From the NCBI RefSeq assembly GCF_018350175.1, contig NC_058368.1:106890001-106954000 (forward strand): a stretch of DNA of 64,000 nucleotides, read 5' to 3'. The notes beneath the pieces were generated by a model. It did no database searches. It was given only the letters and a program-made list of their open reading frames with translations, and was not told the origin of the DNA. Positions 23,541-35,326 of this stretch are shown here, in pieces. The translations under genes were made by a program, and so were the position numbers. The stretch is from Felis catus (lineage: Eukaryota). Within the stretch, counting starts at the first letter, position 1; each line of letters begins with the position of its first letter.

Positions 23541-24617
23541 TCTCCCTTTCTGAATGGGAAAAATTAAAGACACAGCCATCACTATTCCAAAGTAATTCTG
23601 AGATCCCATGGGAGTAGTTTGCATGGCCTCCTTCTTTGAGGATATGGAAGATTGATTAGGACATGATTCTGCTTTTTAGAAGGATTTCTGATGCACTGTT
23701 CTCTATAGTCCTTGATTACACTCTTTAGGAAGCATCTCCTTGTTCACTTTTCTCTTTTGCCACATCAGAAGTAGACCCTGCTTCAAGGATAGACTTCAAA
23801 GTTTACTCCTACTCAAGGACATTTAGAAATCTAGGATTATTGTCATTGTTTTCTTTTGTTTTGTTTTAATTTTAAACATTTAAAAGCTTTTAGGTGTAGG
23901 CTTGTGATTTCTTTGGTAATACATTCTTTACAGAATTTAGGAAGCTATTTATTAATGTATCTTACCTAACATAACTGACTACTTGCAGTCACTTTTATAT
24001 GTCAGTAAACACACCTACGTTCTTTGCAGACATAGCTCTCAAATAGGCTGTAATGCCTTGCTTTTCTGCCTCCATTTCTGCATTTTTAGAGTCAGTGACA
24101 ACCGCATAGAAGCTCTCAGGGATAACAGTTATGAAAGCACAGCCTAGCATGATCTTTATCTTGAGTCATTTTATTCAGTTGAGAAATTTCAATAGGTATT
24201 TTTTGCTCAATGCTTTTTAAAAAAAAATAATTCTGTGTTTTAGTATTGAGATCTACAAACAGACTTTCAACAATAGAAGGCATCACATTTCTAGATTCCT
24301 AGATTCCTCTCTACTTTCTTTCATCTTTCCAACTGTGCAGCTTTCTCTAATCTCATCTCTTTCTTGTAGCACATTAATGCTATGATTATTGTAATGTCAT
24401 TATATGTACATGAATTCTCTGATTATTTCACAAGTATCTCTCGTAGAGCTAGAGGTGATTAGATTCCAAATTACAACAAATGACATTTATGCAAAAATTT
24501 TTTTTCCTATAGGATATGAGTAACCATCATTCCAGCTTCTGATGTTTCTCTCAGCCCTTTCCACTTTTTGGCTGCAAGTCCATGCCACATGTTTGTGGAA
24601 TTTCAAGATCTACTACT

Positions 24618-24987
24618 TTATTAGGGAGGATAGACTAGGCTGTGCTAACACATAACCCCACAAAATACCAGTAACTAAAAAGAATGTTCATACTTACGAG
24701 AAGCCTAAAAAAGGGCAGGTGGATTTTAGAGGCAGCTCTTTTTCAAGCAATAACCCATGGCCTCAAGTTCTTTCATCCTGTAGTTCTGCCATCACAGAAC
24801 CCTTACTTAACAGTGACACAAAAATGGAAAATGAGCCAAAAATCTTGTGGAAGATTTCAAGGGCCAGGCTTGGAGGTGGTTTAGCTGGCCCCAATTTAAC
24901 TTCAGGCCAGACTGGGAAAGACAATCATCCATCCTTGATGCTTAGGAGAAGAGGATAAAATTCATAGGCATTTAACCAGTCACCACA
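24618..24987 (-). mobile_element. Old MaLR LTR (MLT1-like)
   Basis: ggatagactaggctgtgctaacacataacccc...ttctttcatcctgtagttctgccatc...caccaca. Confidence 0.55.
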
Positions 24988-25428
24988 ATACATAGCTCCC
25001 ATTCTTCTTTATTTGCCAGTATATCTTTTCACATTCTTTCACTCTCATTTTTGAGTCCTTATATTTTAGGTACTCCTCTTATAAGTATTACATAATTTCA
25101 TTTAATTTTAAAAATCTGACCTGACAATCTCTGTCTTTAAATAAAGAATTTAGTCTATTTACATTTAACATCATTATTTCTAAAATTGTTCTATTTTGCT
25201 GAAGTTCCCCCATTCTTGGTTTCAATTTTATTGTCTTATTATCAAGTTTCCTTTATCTTTTTTTCTATTGCTGTACTGATTTAGAAACTATGGATTCTTT
25301 CTCTATTTTTTACTAATATTTCTATCCTCTCACTAACCTGATTTCTTAAAATGTTCTAATAAAAAATATTTGTGTTAAATTTTACTGTCAAGTGACTTAG
25401 TTATCCCTTATTCAAAAACTCACAAATT

Positions 25429-25670
25429 AGGGGTGCCTGGGTGGGTCAGTTGGTTGAGCATCCTGCTCTTGATTTCAGCACAGATCATGATCCCAGAGTT
25501 TTGGGATCAAGGCCTGCACTGGGCTTTGCAATGAGTGTGGAACCTACTTAAGACTCTCTCTCTCTCCCCCTCTCTCCATCTCTCTCTTCCACTCCCTCTA
25601 CCCCTTTCCCCCACTCATGCTATTGCTCTCTTTCTAAAATAAAAAAAAATTAAAATAAATTAAAAATTGT
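25429..25670 (+). mobile_element. Older Can-SINE
   Basis: ggggtgcctgggtgggtcagttggttgag head, CT tract, A tail. Confidence 0.9.
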
Positions 25671-27544
25671 TTAAATTCCCAAATTGGTGATTATTATCTC
25701 TGTTTTTCCATAAAATCAATACTTACTTAGATATATAGAGAGAGATATAGATAGACATCAATATTTTTTCCGTATTCCTTTTTGTTTTGTTTTGTTTTGT
25801 TTTGTTCGGCATTTCTTCTTAATTTTTCCTTTTATTATCAAGTTTCTTCTTTCTGGAGTACAGTTTTTTTAGAGGCTCTTTCTTTATTGGTCTATTAATT
25901 GTATACTCTCAGTTTTTGTTTGTCTCAACGTGCACTCTATTTCACTAATTTTACTGATTGATAGTTTACTTATATATAAATGTTGTAAATAATGATTTAA
26001 GTGTATAAAAGATAAATGGACAAAGTAATGGTGATACGGAAAAGTCCAGGTAAGCTTTGAAATGTTACTTTCCTTGAATATTTTAAAATACAAATTATTG
26101 TAGAGTCCATATGGCTAAAATAATAGAATTACTGTTGAATTTTCCTTTGGTAAATATAATCTAGTGGGGTCGAGAGTTAGAATCAAATACATGCTTTTTT
26201 TCCCCTTAGGCTATTTGAGAAAAATTATCAAAATGTGAATGGACCTCAACCATCATTAGTATTTTTTATATTGCTATCATATTCTTAGTAAAGAATATTC
26301 TATTATATATCTTAGTAAAAATATTCTATTAGTTTTCTCTTCACATGCCTTCAGACATGAAATTGTCATGCAACAGAAAAATAAATGGCACCATGTATTA
26401 AGATAAACCCCAGACTTCCAAGAATATGGTTTAGAATTAAGGGTTTGCCTGTTCTTTTTACACTATAAGTCTGATTAATTTTTATCTTGTGCCTATTAGT
26501 TTTTCAGGGTCTTTATATACTGTAATAGAGTCTGTTATTTTTTCCTGGCCCCCCAAACTGTATTTTCCTCATTTACAGAGCTTTCTTATTTAAGAAGTTC
26601 AAAGAATAGTCTAGTAGGCAAGAGAACTGACAAAGCAAATTTGTCAGTGTCCAAAGAATTATCCCTCTCAAAAATGATCAAAGATATCTATCCTCGAAAA
26701 AAACAAAAAAGCCTTGAGTCAGAATTATGCGAAGCTGAAATGATCTAAATTTCATATCGAATTGTTTTCATACCAAATTCAGAAACATGTTTTATGAGGT
26801 CATCCATCTTAAAGACAAATGCTAAGTCAAGATGATGTATTATTTCATTGCAAATTTCAGTATTGTAGACTATAAATTGATTTTCAGACCAACAACATAA
26901 TAAATTCAGAGAAGATCTCCAAGTTGACCGCTAAGCATGTCAAAAATGTATGGGTTAAGAAAATTAGGGAAATGTAAGGCTGAAGAGAATGTGAATGGTT
27001 TTACCTAGATGATTTTTTTTTTGGCTTATCAGCCATTTCAGAAGGAAACTGTATGTAAAATTAGTTTACAATTTAGCTTACATAAATACATATTCAATGT
27101 GACCTATATACCCCAATATATGCTGAGGAATCAGTATAATGGTGATAATAAAGATGACTAAGAGGAATATCAATTGCTATTGAACTTGTTTAGGAAGTCT
27201 GAAATATGTGAAACACATGCATTAAAAATTTGCTGTAAATTAGTGAAATGTGTCACTAGCTTTTAAGGGTTAACCCTAAGTTTTCTGAAAATTAACTTAT
27301 GTGAAATTCCTCTCCCTTGAAGCCCCATGATAACTGAGGCATTACTCTATAAGCTTTTGTTTCTTCTCAACTTTATTTAACCAATGAACAAATTTTAATG
27401 GAAATATTTTCTACCTCCATGATACTTTTGTAGCCATAAGAAGAAAGAAAGAAAAAAAAAGCAAAATACAAACCTGAGGGCCAGATCAGACACAAAAACA
27501 CAACTGGCCTCCACTGTTAAACTTGGGACACTGGTTGTCCTTGG

Positions 27545-27695
27545 GCAGGGGAAGGGCAAGGCAGAGTGAGGTGTGCTGGTAGGTGCTCTGTTTCTTGGTA
27601 GCGTCTTGGGTTTATTTGGTTTGTGAAAATTTATCGAGCTATACATTTATGATATGTGCGATTTTCTATTGTATATTTTGCTTCAATAAAGAAAG
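27545..27695 (+). mobile_element. Ancient L1 3' end (L1ME-like)
   Basis: gtttgtgaaaatttatcgagctatacatttatgatatgtgc...cttcaataaa. Confidence 0.7.
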
Positions 27696-28279
27696 ATTTA
27701 AAAAATCTGAAAGTCAATATTAGAGCCATCTAATAGCCACCTGGTCTGTACACATATAAAGGAATATGATGCTGTCTGTCCTCCAAACTGCCTGAAATAG
27801 GAGTCCCAAGAGAGTTTTTGTAAAAGCCAAGGCACATCCATAAAATGTTTGTAATCTTCACTTTGCTGGATTAATCCAGCAATGCTAAATATTATTTTTA
27901 TCGGTTGTGGAATGCACAAATAGAAAGAAGTAAAATGTTATTAAATCTCAGTGCAAGTGAGCTGGAAAAGAAATTGGCTTTGTTCAGAATTCTGCGATCG
28001 GAATTAAAGGACAGCGTTCTTTCTCTGTAGTGATAAAATAGCATTTTAATGAATGATTACTAAAGCTGAGGAAGATGACATGCAAAGAAAAAACTCAGTT
28101 AAGGACAGGATTCTAGGTCAGACCAGATCCTAGAATCGTTTCCTCGTTCATTGTCCTAATCTGTTGGGGTTCCAGGCAGAATCAGCAAATTTTCAGGGGC
28201 GGTTATGTCACGTTTCATCCTCTGCCATCAGTGAGTGGCCCATTGGTAAGAGGAGACTTGTCTCTGTGCCTCCTAACAG

Positions 28280-28507
28280 AGAGAGAAGAAGACTATCACT
28301 GCTCAGCGAATGAGAGGACCCAGTGCACAGCGTGCTGTTGCTACGGATCATCCCCCACCATCCCTGTCCTCTGTTCTGAAGAATAACCCACTGTACGGTG
28401 ACATAAGTTTGGAGGAAGCTATGGAAGAAAGAAAAAAGAACCCCTCATGGACCGTTGAAGAGTATGACAGGCATTCCCTGCACACAAACCTTTCTGGACA
28501 TCTGAAG
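28280..28507 (+). CDS. MINAR2: MINAR2 coding exon 2
   Basis: Acceptor cctaacAG; REKKTITAQRMRGP...KNNPLYGDISLEEAMEERKKNPSWTVEEYDRHSLHTNLSGHLK (76 codons); donor AAG|GTACTC, phase 0. Confidence 0.95.
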
Positions 28508-28585
28508 GTACTCAAAGCAAAGAATCACCTTCTTCAGTTGCTGAAGAAGATCAGTTGAAGTTTCCTTTTTTAAAAATGGATATAA

Positions 28586-28803
28586 GGGTGCTTGGGTGGC
28601 TCAGTCGGGTAAGCATCTGACTTCTGCTCAGGTCATGATCTCACAGTTCATGAGTTTGAGCCCCACATCGGGCTCTCTGCTGACAGCTCAGAGCCGGGAG
28701 CCTGCTTCAGATCTGTCTCCATTTCTCTCTGTCCCTCCCCTACTCATGCTCTGTCAGTCTCTCTCTCTCTCTCAAAAATAAATAAACATTAAAAAAAATT
28801 TTT
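28586..28803 (+). mobile_element. Can-SINE about 80 bp downstream of MINAR2 exon 2
   Basis: SINE head and tail; aaatgg flanks. Confidence 0.92.
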
Positions 28804-29832
28804 AAATGGGTGTTTAGGTGACCACCCCTTTTCACTAGACCCAAATGTCCAGATGTCAGATCATTGTGGCATCTGGCATCCTTTTCTCTGTCCTAGTCAG
28901 TACATGTTTATTGATTTGTTCTGAGTTTTACAGTGTCAGCAATTTCTGGCATCTGTATAGTGTAGAGAGGAGGAAATGATGTGATACAGAAAGGTTTACC
29001 TAGAAGGTAAAAGGTTTTTCATTAATTTGGCAGATTATGTATGTTTTCCCCTGGTTTTATGACCATTTATTTCATGAATACTTAAGAATTCCCTATTCTG
29101 CATTTATTCAAAAATATTTATTAAATTCTCCGTCTTAGGCACTGTGCAAGGCAGTTCTCATCAAAGGTCATCTTATTCCAAGCCCACTCAATGATTTAAG
29201 ATTGCAGATTTACATTTTGGACATTTTCCTGTGTCTCAGTAACAAAACAAAACAAAAACATTTCAACACAGGAAAAGTATGCAATGAACTCATTCACCCA
29301 GCCTAAACCCAGCTTCAGTTTTTCTTTTCCCACCGCCCACCCGCACTCCCACCCCAACCCCACTGGTGGTGTCCTCTGTCACATGTATAGAAGATCTAGA
29401 CATACCTGAACATCAGGGAGGGTGGCCCTGTATTTTTTACTAGATTCCTCCTCAGCCTCGGTTTGCCCTAGGGTCAGGGACGCCTGACATTTTCCATACA
29501 CCCTTCACGTAACAAGGTGTATCTGCTCTGAGCCCCGTAACTTAAGCACCTGAAGATTTCTTTCTGTTGAAAAGGGGATAGCATTGTGTCCCCTTAAAAT
29601 CTTACACTTAAAAATCTCCTATGTGCACTCTTGAAATATCTTCTTGTCCAGAGACTTTGAGGTTTTTTAATCTCCTAATAGATTTGATGTATCTACTTAA
29701 TCTAGCCTTTTTTTCCAGGGAAGTTTCCATAACAGACACTCCCCCCTAGCAACAGTAATCTTGTGTTTTGTTTTGTTTTGTTTTGTTTTTATCAGGAGTC
29801 TGAAGATCAGGACCTCTAAGAAGTCACTTTCT

Positions 29833-30060
29833 TTTTTTCTTTTTCTTTTTTTTTATTAAGTTTTTATTTTAATTCCAGTGTAGTTAAAATACAGTGTTAT
29901 ATTGGTTTCAGTTGTACGATATAGTGATTCAACAGTTCCATACATCACCCAGTGCTCATGATGAAAATTGCACTCCTTAATCCCCATCACTTGTCTCACC
30001 CAACCCAATCCCCCTCTCCTCTCCCCTCTGGTGACCATCAGTTTGTTCTCTATACTTGAG

Positions 30061-30091
<31 letters not shown>

Positions 30092-30092
30092 G

Positions 30093-30124
<32 letters not shown>

Positions 30125-30304
30125 TCTTCTCTCTCTTGTTCCTTTCCTTGTTTGTTTTGTTTCTTAAATACCACATGAGTAGAATCATATGGTATTTGTC
30201 TTTCTCTGACTGACATACTTCCCTTAGCATAATACTGTCTAGCTCCATCCATGTTTTTGCAAATGGCAGGTTACATTCTTTTCTATGGCTGAATACCATC
30301 CCAT

Positions 30305-30383
<79 letters not shown>

Positions 30384-30426
30384 CATATCTTTATTCATTC
30401 ATCTATCGATGGATAACTGGGCTGCT
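29833..30426 (-). mobile_element. Carnivore L1 3' fragment with internal microsatellites
   Basis: L1 ORF2 end (PFAKTWMELDSIML...SEKDKYHM) and 3' UTR; TSD taagaagtcactttct at 29817-29832 and 30427-30442. Confidence 0.92.
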
Positions 30427-30469
30427 TAAGAAGTCACTTTCTACAATTAGGAAAAAATGTATTGTTTTA

Positions 30470-30980
30470 TTTTGCAAGCATTTCTTGACTGTATGCTAGA
30501 GCTTCTTCTCCACTCCATGTTGTTCACATGAATGGCAAAGGGACTATAAAGATGAGTATTCCTGTCCCTGTTGTCAGATAGTTAATCTAACTGATCAAAG
30601 TAACAAACCATAATTATAAAACAAGATAGAGGAAGAGGATAGTGTTTGTAATAATAGTAGAAAGTGCTATGCAGATTCAAACGAGGACAAAACCACACTG
30701 GATCATAAAAAGTCTTCATGAGAAAGTCAATTTATGCTGGACTTGAAGAATGAGTAGAATTCCAAAAGATATGGAGAGTTTGCATGAGTGGGGAAGCTCT
30801 TCTGTCAGGAGTAGCAAGAAAAAAGGCACAAAAAAAGAAAGTGAGAGCGTTTGTGAGAACAGCAAATAGTCCAGTGTTGCTGGCACTGTAGTGTAAGTAA
30901 TAGAATAGCTCTCAAAACCACTAAACAGAAAAGTTCGAATGTACGGCTGAGGAGATTGAACATCATTGACAATGAGGAAT
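30470..30980 (-). mobile_element. L2 remnant
   Basis: Purine-rich aagtgctatg...agtcttcatgagaaag...gctggacttgaagaatgagtagaatt pattern. Confidence 0.55.
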
Positions 30981-31147
30981 AATGTTTCTGTTGGAAAATT
31001 CCATGAGTTATGTTTAGGAGGATCCAATGTAAATATGATAGGTGTATTGCTACACTAAAACCAGAGTCAGTCCCCTCCCTAACCATCCTCCACGTATACA
31101 GTTACCTCAGAGCTTTTACAGACCTCATGATACTATTTTTCAGCACT

Positions 31148-31329
31148 TTTTTAATATGAGAGGGGTGGGGCATGGGTGAAGGGCAGAGGAAGAGAGAGAA
31201 GGAGAATCCCAAGAAGGCTCCATGCTCAGTGCAGACCCAATGTAGGGCTCAATCCCAAGACCTTGGCATCATGACCTGAGCTGAAATCAAGAGTCAGACA
31301 TTCAACTGACTGAGCCACCCAGGTGCCCC
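31148..31329 (-). mobile_element. Can-SINE
   Basis: Reverse SINE with agcact flanks. Confidence 0.9.
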
Positions 31330-32096
31330 AAGCACTAAGTTTTTAAAGAGATGTTTCTGGAAGTCATGACGTTTGTTCTCATTAGAATTTCTTTCTATAC
31401 CTCATGAATTCAACTTCTTCATCGCCATCCTCATCCATAGCTCATAACTAGCAGAAAGAGCCCCTAACGTATGTTCTGAAACTTTTCCACCTCTTACAGG
31501 CTATAAAATTCCAAGTGCCTTTGGTCAGTCCCATTTTTCTAAAATACTAAGAGTTTTATCAGTAAGAAAGGAGAAAAGAAACCCCATATTTAGTTACCAG
31601 AGCAAACTACAAGCAGAATGTAAGAGAGGATTTCGACAAGGATTTCAAGATCATCTATCCTTCTGCACAGTTCATCCAAATTTTATTTTAATATTTTAGC
31701 TTTTCTAAGAGCAGGACATTGAAACTAGTAGCAATGTGGTCGAAGAATGGTATTGCCATCACCAGTATCCACCCACCTCCCTGTACGTGAGCCATTCCTC
31801 TCCTGGCAGCGCTAGCCTAAAGGTAAGTCATCGACCCCTGAGGCTAGAGAGGCAGAGAGGGTGAGCAGGCCTGCCGGCCGTTAGCCACTGATGATGAGAA
31901 ATAATGATGTTATTCAGGGAAGCCTAGCCTCTCTTACTGCAACCATGACCCTTAAGCTTCACCCAGGGCAATAGGACTATTGGCCTTCAAACCTCTGAGA
32001 GTATCTTGTTCTATAGTATCAAGTGGTCTGTAATGCTGACTGATCGCTGATTGATCCTAGTCTCCTCTGTAATTTTTTTTTTTTTTTTTTTTTTAG

Positions 32097-32276
32097 GAAA
32101 ATCCTAATGACCTACGGTTTTGGTTGGGAGACATGTACACGCCCGGTTTTGACACCTTACTGAAAAAGGAAGAGGAACAAGAAAAGCATTCGAAATATTG
32201 TCGTATAGGTCTGATTTTGCTCCTTGTTGCCTGCATCTTGGTTTTCATAGTGACCGTCTGCATGTTTTTCACCTAA
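32097..32276 (+). CDS. MINAR2: MINAR2 coding exon 3 with C-terminal transmembrane helix
   Basis: T22-AG acceptor; ENPNDLRFWLGDMYTPGFDTLLKKEEEQEKHSKYCRIGLILLLVACILVFIVTVCMFFT then TAA. Total 55+76+59 = 190 aa. Not in the ORF track, read directly from sequence. Confidence 0.95.
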   Translation, partial: ENPNDLRFWLGDMYTPGFDTLLKKEEEQEKHSKYCRIGLILLLVACILVFIVTVCMFFT

Positions 32277-32325
32277 AGAAACTGCCGTAGACACAGACAC
32301 TTGAAAGTTCTTAAGAATCTTTCTA

Positions 32326-32331
32326 AATAAA
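32326..32331 (+). terminator. Candidate proximal polyadenylation signal of MINAR2
   Basis: AATAAA about 50 nt after the TAA stop. Confidence 0.45.
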
Positions 32332-32650
32332 CATTCGCAGAAAAACTGGTTCAAGTAGTATGAATGTACGGTTGAATGTACAGCTCAATGTAATTGTCTC
32401 GTAGAACACAAATGTTGCTGGAGATAAGCTGGCTTTCTCTCCTTTGTTCTACGAACTTTGTAAGAATTCCAGAATGGCTTTTTTCCTTTGGGAGGCAGGA
32501 CTTCTGGGGATCACCGAAGAGTCACCATATACAACCAAAAGTTAACAGTCAGAATAGAGAACGAAACCGCACCAATAATTGCCAGCAGCCTTGTCTTACC
32601 TCCTTGCCACCCCCACCCTCCTTTCCTCCCTAAGACAGCTGAGCAAATCA

Positions 32651-32869
32651 GGGGCACCTGGGTGGCTCAGCCGGTTTAGTGCCTGACTTCCGCTCAGGTC
32701 ATGACCTGGCAGTTCCTGAGCTTGAGTCCCCCGTGGTTGGGTGAGTAGCTCGCCAGGGGAGCCCCATTTCTTCCTCTCTCTCTGCCTCTCCTGGGAGTCT
32801 TTCTCTGTCTCTCTCTGTCCCTCACTCACGTGTGCCCCTCTCTCTCTCAAAGGAAGGGAGGAAGGAAGT
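32651..32869 (+). mobile_element. Atypical Can-SINE with a GA-rich tail
   Basis: SINE head; TSD tgagcaaatca at 32640-32650 and 32870-32880. Confidence 0.85.
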
Positions 32870-33120
32870 TGAGCAAATCATTTTTTGGCTGCCAGATATA
32901 CAGGTTAAAAACTTGTGGTTGTGCTATCTATTGCGTTGGATTCAAGCTGCTTTATTTCGTTTTGTTCCTATTTAAGCCAGAAAAAAAGGGGTGGTGGAGG
33001 GGCTTGACTCAAACGTGTTCTTATTTTCCCAGGATTCCTTTTTAATGCCTCAGTTTGATGTCGCACTGTCAGTACACCTAAACTTGAACAGGCCATAGTT
33101 ATAGAATTAATTACATTTCT

Positions 33121-33327
33121 TTAGTTTTTTTTAACGTCTACTTACTTGTAAGAGACGGAGTACAAGTGGGGGAGGGGCAGAGAGAGAGGGAGACCCAGAA
33201 TCCGAAGCAGGTTCCAGGCTCTGAGTTGACGGCACTGAGCCCAATGCCGGGTTTGAACCCACCAGCTGTGAGATCATGACCTGAGCCGAAGTTGGATGCT
33301 TAGCCCGCTGAGCCACCCAGGCACCCC
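33121..33327 (-). mobile_element. Can-SINE
   Basis: TSD aattaattac(a/c)tttc. Confidence 0.92.
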
Positions 33328-33381
33328 AAAATTAATTACCTTTCCAGCCAATCTTGCTTACTAATTGATCCGCACTGGCTA

Positions 33382-33399
33382 GTGTGACCCCTGGTGGCT
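33382..33399 (-). promoter_or_regulatory. Candidate CTCF site (reverse)
   Basis: Reverse complement reads agCCACCAGGGGTCACac. Confidence 0.45.
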
Positions 33400-33469
33400 C
33401 TCAGTGAGTATGTATCACCAGCCATGGCCTCAGAGGAAGGCCCTCGAAAAGCAGAGGAAATACAGGCAA

Positions 33470-33630
33470 GAGAATGGGATCTGAATCCTGTCTTCTGCTA
33501 ACTGTGGGACCCTGGGCAAGTTATTGTCTCTGAGAAAGGATAAGAATCAGCTCCCCCATGGGGCTTGCCTAAGGACTAAACAGGAGCCAGATAAGAACAA
33601 TACTTGGGTCCTAGTAAGTAGTTGCATAGT
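33470..33630 (+). mobile_element. MIR
   Basis: tgggatctgaatcctgtcttctgctaactgtgggaccctgggcaagtta. Confidence 0.6.
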
Positions 33631-35307
33631 TAAAGACAATTGTTGCAACTAGTATGTGCTAGTTTATCGGTACCCTGAGGTACCTGACATTGCCTACAGA
33701 TAACCAGGGACATGATTCTGGCCACAGATAGAGAATCAAGCCACCTCCCTTATCTTTTTCCTAGAACACTGGACCCTCCGTCACGCGCCCACTCCTTTCT
33801 CTTCTTTCAGGACTACCCCCGCTCCCACCCCGACACTGTTTAGTGCATAAAACAGAAAAGGGACCTTTTCCTCTTCCCATTCATCAGCTTTTGCCCTTTG
33901 GGACTAGCACACCATTCTACTGTATTTCTCTTAGAGTTACCTGAAATAAAAATTATTGAAGTGCAGCTTTACCGTACAATAGAATCATTGTGCACAACGG
34001 TAGTCTGAGCCATATTTGTAGTACTTGACTTCTTATTCCTCTCCTCCTTTATAATACGTTGTCATCCAATTTAGAACTGAATTAAGGAGAACAAAGGTCC
34101 TGGGGACTTCCAAGGGCTCACTGTGGATGCCTGGCAGACAACCTCTTGCTATTAACCCAGTTTGCAAAGCCTGCCCAAAGTTCGCCTCTAAGGGATTCAA
34201 ACCATGTTCAGGTCTCTGCTACACGTGGAAAACATTTGTGCTGCCCCAGGTTACAACCAGCTGTCCAGGGTCACTTACAGGTAAGGCTCTCTAAGGGCAC
34301 TCAGCAGGGATAACCACAGGACAGCTGTGTCAACCTGCCTGCCTCAACTTCTTGGCCCCTGCCCCCATCTCATTACCTTTCTCTTCTGCCCAGTCAGGAG
34401 CCTGGCATCCGTCCCCCTGCTGTCTCCAGCCCTCCTCTGCTTCTCGTCCATGATGCTAGCTAGCAGTCATTTAGATTTCAACATGATGTGTTTATTACTT
34501 TGCATTGCTCCCAAACCAATCTTCACGTTTAGCCTTCAGTGTAACTATAGAATCAAAATATGTTATCCCTCATTGGATTAATGTGATGCATCTACATGAA
34601 AGGGAAAGTCAAAAGACGAGTCAGTATATTCCTGTGTGCCCTCAAAACATCATACCGTAAAAGCTGTTCCAGTTTCTCCTTCAGTATGGGTTTTGAAAAT
34701 GGCTCTAGCGGAAAAAGCATGAGGTCATGGAAAATACAGAGGTGATGGCCCTAAACAGGCTTAAGTTCAAATCTGGGCTTTTTAAAACGACCTCTGATCC
34801 AGATTCAGTGAACGTATTTTTAAAGCATTTCAGTACAATCCTTGGTACATAATAGGTGGTCAATAAATAGTAATTACTATTATGTTCAAAAAACGACTGT
34901 TTTAGTCACTTTTTTTTCTAAATTGGGTGAGGAAGTCTGGGCTCCCCAAATTCCTCAGTGATAATGGTTTCAAACAGTGATCTTTCCCAGGCTCTTTAGA
35001 AGATGATCCCCACAAAAGTTTTATTCTGTTGCTTTGTTGTGTTTTGTTTTGTTTTTTGGATATTAGGTTAGTGTGTGGGAGGCCTAAAAGCACATAGTCT
35101 GGTAATTTTCTAGAGAAAAACATTCCAACTGTGGATCCTGTTTTAAAGTGCTGCTCTCAGATTTAAAAGAAGAAATGAAATTGTTTTTTACATAACCCAT
35201 TAATGGCTATTCCAATTATATTCATGTTGCTGTCACCTAGCGGAGAGTTTAGTGGGTAGAAAACAAAGAAAAAGCGTCCTCGGCCGCACCATTTATCCAG
35301 AGTGCAC

Positions 35308-35326
35308 TGCTGCCATCTGGTGGTGA
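35308..35326 (-). promoter_or_regulatory. Candidate CTCF site (reverse)
   Basis: Reverse complement TCACCACCAGATGGCAGCA is a close match to the CTCF core, in non-repeat, CpG-retaining sequence. Confidence 0.65.

Larger units (their letters stand above)
20700..26100 (-). mobile_element. Ancient, fragmented L1M (ORF2 region) interrupted by SINEs, MLT1 and microsatellites
   Basis: T-rich antisense L1 motifs (ctcctaatccataaacatggtatatc, agatcccctactattccc, cataaagtgaattgggagtattcc, gaatttagtctatttacatttaa). The 23350-24600 part is not clearly L1. Confidence 0.65.

Noticed and set aside
26281..26331. Imperfect tandem duplication tcttagtaaa(g)aatattctatta
   Set aside because: Ordinary slippage in AT-rich intron sequence.
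28109..28137. Hairpin gattctagg...cctagaatc upstream of MINAR2 exon 2
   Set aside because: A 9-bp stem is expected by chance at this window size.
29856..30398. 180-aa minus-strand ORF, the longest in the track
   Set aside because: L1 3' end plus microsatellite translation (YIYI, HTHT, ERER).
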